The notes under the pieces: model-generated
Seen by the model: only the letters and a program-made list of their open reading frames with translations
Databases searched by the model: none
What the model was told of the DNA's origin: nothing
Assembly (NCBI GenBank): GCA_963765765.1
Contig: CAVXYC010000010.1
Span: 192,001 to 256,000, forward strand
Length of the DNA stretch: 64,000 nt
Source: an uncultured Chloroflexia bacterium
Lineage (GTDB): Bacteria; Chloroflexota; UBA6077; JACCZL01
Direction of reading: 5' to 3'
Shown here: one piece after another, positions 31,806-43,150 of the stretch
How positions within the stretch are numbered: position 1 is the first letter of the stretch
Layout: the number at the start of each line of letters is the position of its first letter
Program-made: the position numbers and the translations under genes

Positions 31806-32864
31806 CTACGCTTTCTGCGCGTCAAACTCCGGAGCATTCTCAAAATACACGGGGTGTGAATAGCCCAGGTGTTTGAACATTCCGTTCTGGGAGGCAATGA
31901 TCTTCGCCGGCTTGGATGGGTCGGAGTTGAAGCGCTGGATCACCTGGTTCTGTGGGACCCAGATGACGTCGCCCTTCTTCCACTCCCAACGCGTGGGCTT
32001 CTTCGCTACTCGGGCGTAGAAGCGATCGGTGATCTCCGCTTCAACGTCCCAATGCAGGTCGTAACCTTCGCCCTCGAGAACGAAGACGGCCTCATCAGCC
32101 ATCTGCCAACGCTTGCCTGAGCGGCTGCCGCCGGGAATCTCCTGGAGGTAGGCGTCCACGCCTTTGATCCGTAGTGGAACACCTGCTCCGGCGAGCTGAC
32201 GGACATAACCGAGCTCGGTCCAGACCCAGGGGGTCGCGTCTGACTTCATGACTTTGGGAAGAAGCTCATCCCCGGGCGGGCGAGCGGCCAGCCACTCCAT
32301 CGGTGCTTCCCAGTTCTCATCGTCAGCTGGCTTCGTGCCGATCTTGCCCTGCTGCCAGAGGCCCAGGAAGAGCGCCAGTGGCTTCGGTTTCATCACCAGG
32401 CAAATGGCGCGCTCTTCGGGATCCGGATTGTTGTGCCAGTGCACACAGTCATTGTGCACCGCTACGCAGTCACCCTTCTCCCATTCGTATCGCTGGCCAT
32501 CGTGCATCTCATAGCCGTGGCCCTGGAGGACGTAAAAGAGCGCTTCATTCTGGTGTCCGTGACCGTCATTACGACCGTTTGGCTGAACGGTAACGAAATG
32601 GACGTGCAGGCTCTGGGTGCGGAAGGTCTCATCTCCTGGATCAATGATCTTCCAATTCTCGCTTGTGCCCTCTCCCAGCGACGGAGTGAAGACGCGCGGA
32701 ACCGTCTGCATCCGCTCGCGGCGCTCCTCGGTGAGCGTATAACGCATGCTGCCAATCTGGCGAACGTAGATGCGCTCCTTCTCGTAGTGGTCCTTGTAGA
32801 TATGGACGTTGGTGTCCGTACGCTCCTGCGTCTTTGTCTGAGTTCGTTCCTGTTCTAAGGCCAT
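31806..32864 (-). CDS. Bicupin protein
   Basis: N-terminal cupin DGHGHQNEALFYVLQG...HWHNN; degenerate second cupin; RBS GGAAGGAG. Confidence 0.85.
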   Translation of the reverse strand: MALEQERTQTKTQERTDTNVHIYKDHYEKERIYVRQIGSMRYTLTEERRERMQTVPRVFTPSLGEGTSENWKIIDPGDETFRTQSLHVHFVTVQPNGRNDGHGHQNEALFYVLQGHGYEMHDGQRYEWEKGDCVAVHNDCVHWHNNPDPEERAICLVMKPKPLALFLGLWQQGKIGTKPADDENWEAPMEWLAARPPGDELLPKVMKSDATPWVWTELGYVRQLAGAGVPLRIKGVDAYLQEIPGGSRSGKRWQMADEAVFVLEGEGYDLHWDVEAEITDRFYARVAKKPTRWEWKKGDVIWVPQNQVIQRFNSDPSKPAKIIASQNGMFKHLGYSHPVYFENAPEFDAQKA

Positions 32865-32961
32865 TAGGGCTCCTTCCTTTTTTTGATTTCGAACGAACGA
32901 CCCCAGTCAACTTAAACCAGGGGCACTGTTCGACTAATTAGTCTGGTTGCTTGCGCAGGTC

Positions 32962-34154
32962 CTATCTGAACAACGTGTTCTGCCAACGCTGAACGCGATC
33001 ACCTAGTTTGGCAATCGCCTCGGGAGTATCGTCTCGTGGAAGGATCTTCGTGGAGCCGATTGTGGCTTCGGGCTCGCCCGCCGTGACGCCTTTCCGCACC
33101 GGCCCCTGCCCTGTGGCGGCCAGGGCGTTCTGTCCTTCCTCGGACATGTTCCATTCAATCCACAACTTCGCGGCATTTGGGTGCGGAGCGTTCTTGATGA
33201 GCGCCATGCTGTTCTGTGTTATTCCGAGACCCTCTTCCGGTCGGACCTGCTTGACCGGGCGCCGGCCTTGCGCTGATTGACGATATCAGGTGCTCCTGCT
33301 GAAATGAACATGGCGTATTCACCGCGTACGGTGCCCGCGATCAGAGGACCGGCCTGAGTGGCAAAGAACGGCTGATTCGCGGCGAGCTTCTCGGACCAGT
33401 CGAGGCCGTAAAGCAGCTCCATGGGACTCAAGATCGTCCCTCCGGGACCGCTGCCCCGCGGATCGTCCATAGCAATCTTTCCGCGCCATTTCGGATCCAA
33501 CACGTCGTTCCAGGACTTAGGCTCTTGATCCGCGGGCACGAGGTTGGTGTTCACCATGATCGCGAAGATGCTGATGGTTCGTGAATTGAGATCGCCCGCC
33601 GCGGTCGCGAGCTCAGGGATAACCTGGTCTACCTGAGACGATTTGTACGGCTCGACGAAACCTGCCTCGATCAGCTCCTGCTGGGTAGTAAAGCCGGACT
33701 GCACGATGTCTGCGACGTAATTACGTCCGCGCTGTTCGGCAAATACCTTCTCTCGACTCTCGCGGCCGCGCTGGTCGACGCCTTCAACCTCGATGCCGGG
33801 GTAGCGCTTCTGGAACGCCGCCTTGATCGGATTTAACTGCTCCGGATCGCCAGCTCCGTAGATGACGAGCTTGCCTTCAGCCTTAGCTCGATCGTAAAAG
33901 TTCTGAGTTGCCGCCACCAGGCCAGGCTCTACTCCGCCTGTCGAAGCTGCCGGAGCTGCTCCCGTTGACGCTGCCGGAGATGCGGCCGCTCCTGGCGATG
34001 CCGCGGCCGCGGGTGATGCGGCCGCCGCTGGCTTGGATGCTTCAGTTGGCTTGGCGGGGGCGGATGTCGGCGTCGCCGCTACGGGCGGATTACACGCTAA
34101 GGCGCCGAGTGCTAGAGCGACGATAAATGGGACGAAACCAAACCTTGACCCCAT
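32962..34154 (-). CDS. ABC substrate-binding lipoprotein, paralogue A (frameshift near 33260)
   Basis: ALAC lipobox, AKAEGKLV, DDPRGSGPGG, KNAPHPNAAKLW. Confidence 0.88.
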
Positions 34155-34241
34155 GTTGCCTACCCCCGATGTGTTCCAGTCTATTCCCGTTGAAGGGCGA
34201 CAGGCGAGCGCTCTGGTCGCTCGCCTGTCGCAGGACTCTCG

Positions 34242-35456
34242 TTAGCGGAAGAGTGTTTCCTCCCATCGCTTTACGCGATCGCCGAGTCTCGCGATAGCCT
34301 CAGCTGTATCATCGCGAACCAGGATGGCCGAACTGCCGAGGGTCGCTTCTGGTTCGGTGGCGGCAACGCCCTTGCGGACCGGACCGAGGCCTGTGGCGGC
34401 GAGCGCTTTCTGGCCCTCCTCCGACAGGTTCCACTCGATCCACAGCTTGGCTGCGTTTGGGTGAGGCGCGTTCTTGATATGCGCCATGCTGATCTGCGTC
34501 ACACCGACGCCTTCGCTCATCCGAAGCTGCTTCACCGGTGCGCTGGCCTTGCGCTGGTTGATGACATCAGCGTGGTTCGATGAAAGATACAGTGCGTACT
34601 CGCCGCGAACCGTTCCATTTACGAGTGGTCCCGCCTGCGTCGCAAAGAAGGGTCTTTGCTCCGCGAGCTTGTTTGACCAATCCAATCCGTACGTCAGCTC
34701 CATAGGGCTGAGGATTGTTCCTCCCGGACCACTCCCGCGCGGATCGTCCATCGCGATCTTTCCACGCCATTTCGGGTCCAGCACGTCGTTCCAGGACTTG
34801 GGCTCTTGATCCGGCGGAACGAGGTTGGTGTTCGCCATGATGCTAAAGATCGTGATTGTTCGGGAATTCAAGTCGCCCGCCGCCGTTGCCAGCTCCGAAA
34901 TTACTTGATCGGTTTGCGGTGACTTATAGGACTCGACAAATCCAGCCTCGATGAGCTCCTGCTGCGTCGTGAATCCAGATGTGACGATGTCAGCAACGTA
35001 ATTGCGGCCGCGCTGTTCGGCGAAGATCTTCTCGCGACTCTCACGTCCTCGCTGGTCAACACCCTCCACGTCGATTCCCGGGAACCGCTGCTGAAAGGCG
35101 GCTTTGACTGGGTTGAACTGCTCTGGATCACCTACGCCATAAGCGACGACTTTGCCTTCAGTCTTCGCCTTGTCATAGTAAAGCTGCGCGGCCGCCGCCA
35201 GGGCAGGCTCCATAGCGCCAGTGGCGGAAGTGCCAGAATCGGCGCTTGCCGCGGGCTTCGTTGCAGGGGACGCCGCCCCTGGAGAAGCCGCCGCCGATGG
35301 TGACCCTGCTGCGGCAGGGGATGCTGCCGGTTTGGCAGCCTCCGTCGGCTTTGCCGGAGCCGCCGTGGGGCTTGCCGCTATTGGCGGATTACAGGCCACC
35401 AGGACAATGGCGGATGCGGCCAACAACGCGGCCGAGCGTCTCAACAACGGGGTCAT
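34242..35456 (-). CDS. ABC substrate-binding lipoprotein, paralogue B
   Basis: LVAC lipobox, DDPRGSGPGG, KNAPHPNAAKLW; long stretches identical to paralogue A. Confidence 0.9.
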   Translation of the reverse strand: MTPLLRRSAALLAASAIVLVACNPPIAASPTAAPAKPTEAAKPAASPAAAGSPSAAASPGAASPATKPAASADSGTSATGAMEPALAAAAQLYYDKAKTEGKVVAYGVGDPEQFNPVKAAFQQRFPGIDVEGVDQRGRESREKIFAEQRGRNYVADIVTSGFTTQQELIEAGFVESYKSPQTDQVISELATAAGDLNSRTITIFSIMANTNLVPPDQEPKSWNDVLDPKWRGKIAMDDPRGSGPGGTILSPMELTYGLDWSNKLAEQRPFFATQAGPLVNGTVRGEYALYLSSNHADVINQRKASAPVKQLRMSEGVGVTQISMAHIKNAPHPNAAKLWIEWNLSEEGQKALAATGLGPVRKGVAATEPEATLGSSAILVRDDTAEAIARLGDRVKRWEETLFR

Positions 35457-35495
35457 CGTTCCTCCAAGTTTCATTCCACGCAACGCGGGCGTAAT

Positions 35496-37258
35496 CTAAA
35501 TCGTGCTGCCTCGCCCGAACGCGCCAAGGCGTCGTGCAATGAGAAGACCTGCCCCATTGATCAAGAGGAGCACCATTGCCAGTGCCGCGACCGTTTCGAG
35601 ACGGCCAGCCTGGCTGTAACTGAATAGCGTCACCGCCAGGAGCTCAACTCCTGGACCGGTGAAGAGAATCGTGGAGCTAACCGCTCGCGAGAAGCCGATG
35701 AAGAGCAGCAGGAACGCTCCCGCGAAGGCCGGCTTCAGGATGGGTAGGACTATCGTCCAGAATGTTCGAGCCCAACTTCCACCAAGGACCCGCGAGCTCT
35801 CCTCGAGCTCCCGGCCAAGCTGAACCATGACGCCGGACATGAGGCGCACGCCCAACGGGAGACCGGTGGTGAGGAACACCAGGACTAGCAGCCAGATTGA
35901 GCCGTAAAGATCCTTGATACCGGGGATGCTGATGTACGCCCACAGCATGCCAAGACCAGCAACGACGCCGGGAATCGCCCAGGGTAACCAGGTTATCGTA
36001 TCCAGAGCTTTGCGGCCGGGATAATTTGTGCGCGTGCTGATATACGCAATCACGCTGCAGAGTGTCACCGCGAGCATCGCCGACCCGCCGCACACCATCA
36101 GCGTGTTTATGAAGCTGCGCCAGAGCACTACATCAGAGAGAATCTGCAGATAATTCTTGAACGTGATCTCAGATGGGTTCACGACTGACAGGTTTGGCAT
36201 CAGCGACGTGATGAGAAGCTGAGAGAGTGGCAATGCCGTGGAGATCAAGAAGAAGCCCAGGCACACGGCAAACGTGACCCATTTCCACGGACCAAGCCGA
36301 ATGATCTGTGGCTTGTACCCCTTACCCGTAACGACGAAAAACTCTCGGCCGCCAAGAAGCTTGTTCTGCATGAGAATCAAGCAGAATGTCAGAGCCACAA
36401 AGGTGACGCCGAGGGACGTGGCCAGGCCGTAATTCACGGGGTAATCGTATTGCACGGCTGCGTAGATGCGGTTGGAGAATACGAATACTTTGGCTGGTAG
36501 GCCGAGCAGCACCGGGACTTCAAACGTCTCCATGGCGCGGATGAAGCTCAGCATGCCAGCCCCGAGGATGGCTGGCGCCATCAAAGGCGTCGTGACACTG
36601 ATGGCCGTTCGGATCGGGCCTGCGCCCGACACACGGGAGGACTCCTCGAGCGATGCATCCATGTTGCGTAACGCGTTCACCATCAAGAGGAAGATGAACG
36701 AGGTGGATCCCACGGAGAGCACCCAGAGCATGCCGCCAAGACTGTAGATGTTGAATGGCGACTCACTCAGTCCAAACAAGTTCCTGAGAAATACATTGAG
36801 CACACCGGTATTTGGGCTGAGCAGCAAAATCCAGCCGATCGCTTCCAGGAGCCCGGAACGAAGATTGGAATCGTGAGCAGGACCTCCAGAGTGCCCCGAA
36901 ACGGCGTATCCGTTCGCGTCACGATCCAGGCCATCGTCAGCGCGAACACCACTGCGATGATCGTCTTGGCGCCCATGAGCAGCAATGTCGTGCCGAAGAC
37001 ACGGTAGGTACTCGGGTCGGAGTAGGCTTTGATGTAGTGATCCAGCGTCAGCGATCCATCGAAGCCGGGGCGGGCAGTCCAGAAACTACCAAAGAGCAAC
37101 ATGGAAATCGGGAACAGCACTAGCAGTCCCACAAACACGGTCACGGTGGACATGGCGATGAAGCCGGGAGTCAGTCTGAATCGCCGACGCCGTTGCGTTT
37201 GGCGCGCAAGCTCGATGGCTTCGGCTCGATCGAGCCCAGTCTCTATGGCGACGCTCAT
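35496..37258 (-). CDS. ABC permease, duplicated FbpB type (frameshift near 36855)
   Basis: [30 protein letters not shown]. Confidence 0.9.
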
Positions 37259-38369
37259 GTGGCCACCTCCCGCGGGAGCAGTACGACATCGGACGGATCA
37301 CACGAGATAAACACGTGGTCTCCCACCGCGGCGCGCACATCGTGTCCAGCAACCACTGACATCTCTCGTTCACGGGCAGTAACGACGTATTCCCAGTGAT
37401 CGCCAAAATATGCCGCGGAAGTCACCGCGCATTCCCACGCGTTAGTGCCGCCATTCGGGCGCTGTCGAACCAATCTCAGGCGCTCCGGCCGAATGGAGGC
37501 AAAGACGGTTTGTGAAGCGCGGAAGCCAGCAGCTTCGGCCGACGAGCAACGCACCCCTTCATCGGACCAATCCACACTGAGAACGACCGAATCGTCGTCG
37601 CTTACCTCTCGAACCTGGGCGGGGAGCATGTTGATGGATCCCACGAACTCGCTGACGAAATGACTCCGAGGCTGTTCGTAAATCTCATGCGGCGTCCCGA
37701 TCTGCTCGATTCGACCTTTGTTCATCACAATGATACGATCCGCCAGCGCCATGCTTTCGGCCTGATCGTGCGTGACGAATATGCTGGTAATGCCTGTCTT
37801 CCGCTGAAGCTGCTTCAGCTCCGTGCGCATGTGCACGCGCAGCTTCGCATCCAGGTTTGACAGCGGTTCATCCAAGCAACAGAATGCGCGGCTCGAACAC
37901 CAGCGCCCGGGCGAGTGCAACGCGCTGCTGCTGGCCGCCGGAGAGCGCTGGTGCCGGGCGGTTCTCGTACCCCTCTAATCCGATAAGCGCCAAGGTCGCG
38001 CTCACCTTCTCGGCGATCGACTTCTTTGCCACGCCCCGCACTTTAAGGGGGTAGGCTACGTTCTCAAAGACGGTCATATGCGGCCAGATAGCGTAACTCT
38101 GGAACACCATGCCTAAATTGCGCTTCTCTGTCGGTACCCAGATGTTGCTGGAAGCCGAGCTGACTATGCGGTCGCCGATCGTCACGTCGCCCGCATCGGG
38201 CTCTTCGAGACCCGCCATCATACGTAGAGGACGTGGTCTTTCCACATCCGCTCGGTCCTAAAAGAACGAGTAGCTCACCGTCCTCAACGTCGAATGAGAC
38301 CCTGTCGACGGCGGTGACCGAGCCGTCGCTAAATAACTTCACCACGTCACGGAATGCGACCGCGGACAT
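37255..38369 (-). CDS. ABC transporter ATP-binding protein (two frameshifts)
   Basis: [35 protein letters not shown] across three frames. Confidence 0.9.
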
Positions 38370-38548
38370 CCCTCATCTCCTGGCGGCCACCGGGCCAGCC
38401 GCTTGCCTATTTTTGCTTCGTGGCTCCGCTAGCAACTGCCAGCGGCCCACTACTGACCGAAAATAATCGAGAGGCCCTCCCCCGGGCAACCATTAGGTCA
38501 CCAGGCCCTCCCACCGGTCGCGGCGCGGGGCCTGCTGCCTAAAGTGCT

Positions 38549-39706
38549 CTAAGGTTCGCCGAACGCTCTTACCGGATTCTCCCAACAGAGTTTTTGCTTC
38601 TCGGTGTCGGTGAGCGATGACCATCCCGTGACTTCATCTGCCGATGCTGGGAAGCGTGACTCAGCGTGCGGGTAGTCGGATCCGAACATAAGAATGTGGT
38701 CACCCATCATGGAATTGACCATCTTTACCATCGCTTCACCCTCGTGGATCACGATACTGGTGAAAAAGCGACCCCCGGTCAAATAGTCGCTCGCCTTCTT
38801 CTTGAGATCGTCTGAGACGTAGCCCATGTAGATGACCTGGTCGTTCATCCGGGCCGCCCAGAATGGCAACCAACCGAATCCGCACTCGAGCACGGCGAAC
38901 TTGAGATCTGGATATCGCTCCATAACGCCGCCGCCAACAAATGATGCAACTGCTCGCATGGCACCCCACGGATGCGACGCGGTTCGGCCGATGAACGGGT
39001 TGTCCCAGAGATCGCGATAGCCGGGGTAGCCGCCAGCAAAGCTGTGGTGAACGATTGTCAGGTTCCGCTCAGATGCGGCCTTCCAAATTGGGTCAAGGTC
39101 TGGATGATCCAAGGGATAGTCGAGCGGCAAGTACGTCTGCACTCCAACCGCCCATCGTTCGTCCCCCCAGCGCTTAATCTCCTCGACGCTTTCGTTCACG
39201 CACCGAGCCGTCGCCACGATGAGTGACTTGAGACGCTCCGGTGCTTTGCCGCAGAAATCGTGCAAGAAGCGATGATTCGCCCGGATGAACTCCATTTCGA
39301 CCTCGGGATTCGGGTGACCGTTGGCACCCGCTGGCACCATCATGTGCACGTCGATGCCCTCAGTGTCCATGTCCTTGAGTCGAATCTCGGCGATATCTCC
39401 ACCACCCTCGGTGGGTGCTTGGTGCCCATAAACTTCTGGAAATGGCGCTTTGCGTCCGGATCGGGGGCAGCGTCGCCGAGCTTTCGCGGCTTGCCCGGCG
39501 CCCCAACCGCCTTCACCACTGAACCGATACCAGTGTTTGTATGGAGGTTCGCGAACTTCCGCCGCCAGCCCAACGCGGATCTCCGCGCGGTGTTCGTTCA
39601 GATCTGGTACGAGCTCACGCACGCGAGCCGACAGATAAGGCTCCATCGTCTCAGCCCACGGCTGTACGTGCGTATCAGCATCGTAGATTTTGAAACCGTT
39701 GCGCAC
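38549..39706 (-). CDS. Amidohydrolase_2-family protein (ACMSD/LigW/LigJ-like superfamily)
   Basis: YDADTH, LDHPDLDPIW, VLECGFGWLP, FGSDYPHAES; compensating frameshifts near 39420-39490. Confidence 0.88.
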   Translation of the reverse strand: MRNGFKIYDADTHVQPWAETMEPYLSARVRELVPDLNEHRAEIRVGLAAEVREPPYKHWYRFSGEGGWGAGQAAKARRRCPRSGRKAPFPEVYGHQAPTEGGGDIAEIRLKDMDTEGIDVHMMVPAGANGHPNPEVEMEFIRANHRFLHDFCGKAPERLKSLIVATARCVNESVEEIKRWGDERWAVGVQTYLPLDYPLDHPDLDPIWKAASERNLTIVHHSFAGGYPGYRDLWDNPFIGRTASHPWGAMRAVASFVGGGVMERYPDLKFAVLECGFGWLPFWAARMNDQVIYMGYVSDDLKKKASDYLTGGRFFTSIVIHEGEAMVKMVNSMMGDHILMFGSDYPHAESRFPASADEVTGWSSLTDTEKQKLCWENPVRAFGEP

Positions 39707-39906
39707 AGGGGTCTCCTTCTTATTTTCCGCGCACACATGCTAGCTCACGAATGGCTATTGCGCCAGATAGATCGAGCTGGAGAAGTCTGGACTCGTCGCG
39801 TTTCAGGAGCTGGATAGCGAATGTCGCATCCGACACTCCTCACTACGTGAAAAGCGGAGGCCGCTCTGGAGAGAGGCAGCCTCCGCGCTTATGGATACGG
39901 CCTGGT

Positions 39907-41090
39907 CTACTTAAAGAATAACTCCGACCAACGCCTTGTACGCTCTTCGAGCGACTGGAAGCCGGCCGCGTCGTCATCACGAGGCAGGATCTGGGTGTTG
40001 ACCAGACTGGCCTCCTCGAGCCTCGGGACGATGCCCTGGCGCACTGGTCCGTAGCCTAGGTCGCCCAGCACCTGCTGGCCCTTTTCGGACAGAGTCCAGT
40101 CGATCCACATCTTTCCGGCGTTGGGGTGGGTTGCACCCTTGATCAGCGACTGCGCGATCGGCGTGAGCCCAATACCCTCGGCAGGGCGGATCTGCTTGAC
40201 CGGCGCACGGCCTGCTTCTGGACGATGACGTCCGTATGCTGGCCGGAGAGATATATGGCGTATTCGCCGCGCGCAACGCCAGCCCACAGCGGTCCGGCCT
40301 GCGTAGCAAAGAAGACCTGCTGGGGCGCTAGCTTGGCGCTCCATTCCTGGCCAAGCACCTGTTCCACACCAGACATGATCGTGCCGCCAGGACCAGAGCC
40401 GCGCGGGTCATCCATGGCCAGCTTGCCTTTCCACTTCGGGTCCAGCACGTCATTCCAGCTCTTTGGCTCCTGGCCCGCCGGTACGAGGTTGGTGTTCACG
40501 GCCACGGAGTAGATATTCACCGAGCGCGGATTGGAGGCGGCGTACTGAGGCTTCAGCTCGGGCACCACCTTATCGACGAACTGGGACCCAAAATTCTCGG
40601 TTACCTGAGCTTCGATGAGCGCGCCTTGGGTATCGGGACCCGAGATGGCCACATCCACCACGAAGTTCCTCGATTGCTGCTCCGCGAGAATCTTTTCGCG
40701 CGTCTCGCGCCCTCTCTGGTCCACGCCCTCTACCGAGATGCCAGGGAATTCTTGTTCGAATGCAGCTTTAACGGGGTTGAACAGCTCAGGCGGCCCCACA
40801 CCGTAGATAACCAGCTTTCCCTCAGCCTTTGCTGCATCGAAGTACTGGGCCTTGATCTTTGCGATCTCCTCGGCGGCTGCCGCCGCGCTGGTGTTCGATG
40901 CTGGAGCGGCCGCTGCCGGCGATGCAGCGGCCGCCAGTGACGAGCCGGCAGCCGCTGGCTTGGCCGCCTCGGTGGGTTTTGCGGGGGCCGCCGTGGGGGT
41001 GGCGGCGAGTGGCGGGCTACACGCGGCCATGAGCAGCGCAACCCCTGTCAGCATTGGGCCGATATGTCGCTTCACGATCATGCGGTCCAT
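39907..41090 (-). CDS. ABC substrate-binding lipoprotein, paralogue C (frameshift near 40210)
   Basis: MAAC lipobox, AAKAEGKLV, DDPRGSGPGG, KGATHPNAGKMW. Confidence 0.88.
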
Positions 41091-41373
41091 TCCCTCCTTA
41101 TTCGTACTATTCAACGCTTCCTGCTTGCCTGATCGTACGGACAGGGATGCGCCCAGGCCAAGTAATGTCGCGGCCTTGATTGCGATTTAGACGCTGACGA
41201 GAATGCCAGACTTGGTCAGGCTAGGCGCCAATCCGGATTCGCGTTGGAGGCTCGGTGGAACAGGAATGTCTCGCCTGCCCCGCCAAAGCGGATGTGACCT
41301 TCCTAGCCTTAAAAACGTGATCTCACAACCTCAGACGAGACTTCATCGGCATCGCTGCACCAGACTGCTCGTT

Positions 41374-42513
41374 CTAGCCCGCCGCTAGCATGTGGCATTG
41401 CACCCGTGAGCGCCGTTGCACGCCCATCGTCATAATCTGACGCGCGGGCCGGTCGTTCGGATCCGGGAAGATCTCACAGAATTCCTTATCAATGTGGCCC
41501 ACGTCATTGTGATCCTGAACAAGGAAGGTCAAGTGTCCGATGTTATCGGCGGACATGCCACCAACCTCCGCCAGCGTGCGCACGTTCCGTATACCAAAGT
41601 GAGCCTGGCCGGCTGCGCCGTCTACCGGCTCCAACTTGTCGTCGCTCTCGGGATCGACACCGGACACGCCGGATGAAGCGTACAGATCGCCGATGCGTGC
41701 CCCCATCGGAATCGGATCATGGTGACCGTGACCGGGGATCTCATGGTTGCTGCGCTCACCGCCCACGCGGCCGATGCACTGGATCTGAATCTGCCCGGCC
41801 ATCGGGTAACGGAATGTCTTTCGCGCAGCCTGATATTGACCGATGGGCCATGCTTCCAGGTAGACGTCCACCATGTATGGCTGGTAGGCGAAATCGCTCA
41901 GATAGACCCATTGCAGGACCACATCGTCGATGGTACCGCCGGCCTCCTCCATCACGATTCGCATGTTGTCAAATGCTTGGTCGGTCTGAGCGTCCTCTCC
42001 GATCACTGGCTCGGAGGTGGTCAGGTCCCAGGGCACGATGACAGACGTAAATATGTAGTCGCCGATGCGGACAGCGTTGGGCAGGGGATCGCGATGGGTG
42101 AGACCTTTGACCTCGATGCAACTGCGAGTCTGATTGATCACACCGAATGCTTGAAGCTCTACCCCCACGCCCTCAGGCATGGGATAGGAGGTCGTCTTAC
42201 GGGCGGGCCTGTCGGACTTATTGGGAAACAATTCCAGCCAGCCAGTATTGATATGGGCGCGGTAATCCTGGGAATCGATGAAGTTCGTGACCAACCCGAT
42301 GTTATCGGTGCTGAGTCCGGCCCCCTCAACCAGCGCAGCAAGATTGTGCCAGGCGTTCAGGAATTGTTCCGCGGGATCGTCTGGTAGCTCACCGGTCTTC
42401 AAATCGACGCCACCGACGCCGGACGTGAAGAACATGTTCCCGGTCTTGACCAAGTCGGGCGCAACAGAGCCCTCTCGAAGGCCGGGCAAGTTGTAGATGG
42501 ATCTCTTCCCCAT
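41374..42513 (-). CDS. Protein of three tandem RidA/YjgF/YER057c domains
   Basis: Three ~125-aa repeats: FFTSG..EQF..RPARK; IFTSV..AQT..QAARK; YASSG..GQA..RPARQ. Confidence 0.85.
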   Translation of the reverse strand: MGKRSIYNLPGLREGSVAPDLVKTGNMFFTSGVGGVDLKTGELPDDPAEQFLNAWHNLAALVEGAGLSTDNIGLVTNFIDSQDYRAHINTGWLELFPNKSDRPARKTTSYPMPEGVGVELQAFGVINQTRSCIEVKGLTHRDPLPNAVRIGDYIFTSVIVPWDLTTSEPVIGEDAQTDQAFDNMRIVMEEAGGTIDDVVLQWVYLSDFAYQPYMVDVYLEAWPIGQYQAARKTFRYPMAGQIQIQCIGRVGGERSNHEIPGHGHHDPIPMGARIGDLYASSGVSGVDPESDDKLEPVDGAAGQAHFGIRNVRTLAEVGGMSADNIGHLTFLVQDHNDVGHIDKEFCEIFPDPNDRPARQIMTMGVQRRSRVQCHMLAAG

Positions 42514-42667
42514 GCGGGTGCTCCTTACAGGATGTAGTCAGTGAATAAGCTCAGCGAAGGGGTCCTGGACTGCGGAGCGTAGGAGCGCCGCGACCACTCC
42601 ACGGTTTCTAAATCAAGCAAAGACGTGGAGACGACGCCCCACATGCCGTCCTCCACGAGCCGTAGGG

Positions 42668-43150
42668 TTAAGCCCTCACCGTCGATCGGTCGCGGATCAT
42701 GCGCGGATCCCGCCTGGTGCGCCATTCGTCCACCGAAATCTGTGCCAGCGCCTCAGCGCCCTTCAGGGCAAGCTGCTCATCACGATCCTCGTCGCCAGAA
42801 CCACTGACGCCCAGGCCGCCGATGACCTGACTGGAACGTCTAAGTGTCCAACCTCCGTGGATCGTGGTCAGGTAAGGGTTGGACCAGTCAGCCACGGTGC
42901 GGCCGTCGTGCAGGATCTGGAGCCGCCACAGGGCAGTGTCCCGGCCGATGTACGCGGCGGTGTGGGCTTTGCGCTCGGCATTTCGCACATCTACTGCAGA
43001 CGCGCCGTCCTGGCGCAGTAGGTACACGGGATTGCCTTCAGAATCTACGATGGCGATCGCCAGCGGATGCTCATTCGGACGCGTGCTCTTTAGGATGGCG
43101 TCCACCGCCAGCCGGGCGTCAGTTAAGCCGACGTTCAGCGCTGTGATCAT
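42668..43150 (-). CDS. GlcG/HbpS-family heme-binding protein
   Basis: AIAIVDSEG, AERKAHTA, HGG...VIGGLGVSG..DEQLA. Confidence 0.88.
   Translation of the reverse strand: MITALNVGLTDARLAVDAILKSTRPNEHPLAIAIVDSEGNPVYLLRQDGASAVDVRNAERKAHTAAYIGRDTALWRLQILHDGRTVADWSNPYLTTIHGGWTLRRSSQVIGGLGVSGSGDEDRDEQLALKGAEALAQISVDEWRTRRDPRMIRDRSTVRA

Noticed and set aside
33940-35370. GCC-rich repeats in the SBP genes
   Set aside because: They encode ordinary Ala/Pro/Ser lipoprotein linkers (AAASP).
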